Shown here: positions 15,026-15,769 of the stretch, one piece after another | Numbering within the stretch: the stretch's first letter is position 1 | How the letters are laid out: each line of letters opens with the position of its first letter | Assembly (NCBI GenBank): GCA_036336835.1 | Contig: JAYZFK010000025.1 | Location: 1-15,769, forward strand | DNA from: Myxococcota bacterium | GTDB taxonomy: Bacteria > Myxococcota_A > UBA9160 > UBA4427 | Direction: 5' to 3' | Length of the DNA: 15,769 bases | The notes under the pieces: model-generated | The model's input: only the letters and a program-made list of their open reading frames with translations | Databases searched by the model: none | Told to the model about the DNA's origin: nothing | Position numbers and translations under genes: made by a program

Positions 15026-15769
15026 CTAGGCCGCAACACCGGGAAGCTTCACCCGATACAGAGCCGCCGCGTTGTCCTGCAGGATCTTGCGGCGCGTCGT
15101 GTCGCTCCAGTCCGCAGTCACATCGGCCAGATATTCCTTCACGTCGGGATACAGGCAGGTCGGGTGCGGGAAGTCGGTCTCGAACAGCAGGTTGTCCTCG
15201 CCGATCGCCTCGATCAGCGACTTCGGCGCGGTCTTCTCGAACCAGAAGCAGCCGTAGATCTGACGCCGGAAATACTCCGAGGGCGGCATCGGGAGCTTGC
15301 ACTCCTCGTGGGAACCCGTCTCGGTCCACTCGTAGTCGAGCGCCTCGAGCATGAACGGGATCCAGCCGATCCCGCTCTCGACCGACACCAGCTTGAGCTC
15401 CGGAAAACGCTCGAGGATGCCGCTGTAGAGCATGTTCGAGAGCACGCGCGAGTTCTCCATGAACAGGTACGACGAGCCGAGCGCGAGCCGCCGGCGCATC
15501 CCCATCGACGGCCACGCCGCGCGGCCGAACATGTTGAAGGACGTCTCGCTCGCGCCGATATGGAAGTTCACCGGCATATGCTTGTCCGCGCAGACCTCCC
15601 AGAACGGAAGCCAGGCATCGTCGGCGAGATCGGGCAGCCCGATGCTGTCGGGATCGCTGCACATGACGATCCCGCGCAGCCCCATCTCGTCGGCCCGCAA
15701 CACCTCGGCGACGCTGTCCTCGATGTTCCACCAGGGCATGAGCGCCATCGGCAGGATGCGCTCACCGGT
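15026..15769 (-). CDS. Amidohydrolase family protein (Amidohydro_2), copy III, 5'-truncated, different subfamily from I/II
   Basis: The frame is open to the window end (TGERILPMALMPWW...). Motifs are PFW, PVNFHIG, ERFPELKLVSVESGIGW, FETDFPHP and ILQDNAAALY. Confidence 0.92.
   Translation of the reverse strand, partial: TGERILPMALMPWWNIEDSVAEVLRADEMGLRGIVMCSDPDSIGLPDLADDAWLPFWEVCADKHMPVNFHIGASETSFNMFGRAAWPSMGMRRRLALGSSYLFMENSRVLSNMLYSGILERFPELKLVSVESGIGWIPFMLEALDYEWTETGSHEECKLPMPPSEYFRRQIYGCFWFEKTAPKSLIEAIGEDNLLFETDFPHPTCLYPDVKEYLADVTADWSDTTRRKILQDNAAALYRVKLPGVAA

Noticed and set aside
9223..15354. Long antisense or alternative-frame ORFs (9223..10701, 9425..10939, 11171..12643, 11535..13280, 13714..15354)
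   Set aside because: These are shadows of the transporter, dehydrogenase and flavoprotein genes with no independent coding evidence.
1..15769. CRISPR arrays, tRNA/rRNA, riboswitches, transposases/integrases, defence systems
   Set aside because: I saw no regularly spaced repeats, all intergenic gaps are under 100 bp, and no such protein motifs appeared on reading.

Overview
This is a very GC-rich, densely coding bacterial window (roughly 70% GC by eye; taxon cannot be fixed from sequence alone). It holds 12 protein genes, two of them truncated by the window edges. I saw no RNA genes, mobile elements or CRISPR arrays. Gene order: DedA/VTT membrane protein (partial, +); amidohydrolase I (-); MenA/UbiA prenyltransferase (+); amidohydrolase II (-); two coupled class III (CaiB/BaiF) CoA-transferases (+); cytochrome P450 (-); membrane-anchored MBL-fold hydrolase (+); NRAMP-fold transporter (-); large PVC-type dehydrogenase/HEAT/cytochrome c protein (+); 3-ketosteroid dehydrogenase-like flavoprotein (-); amidohydrolase III (partial, -). 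The content suggests accessory catabolism of lipophilic compounds. The genes form four consecutive regulator-less divergent pairs. Their short spacers carry back-to-back -10-like hexamers, often 6-8 nt before an ATG with no Shine-Dalgarno, which suggests leaderless mRNAs. Several proteins have altered signature residues: the NRAMP-fold protein lacks its metal ligands, one CoA-transferase lacks the catalytic Asp, the MenA second motif is charge-swapped, and the P450 heme loop has Tyr for His/Arg. I cannot demonstrate a wholly new system. The best candidate is the NRAMP-fold transporter plus PVC-type heme dehydrogenase pair.
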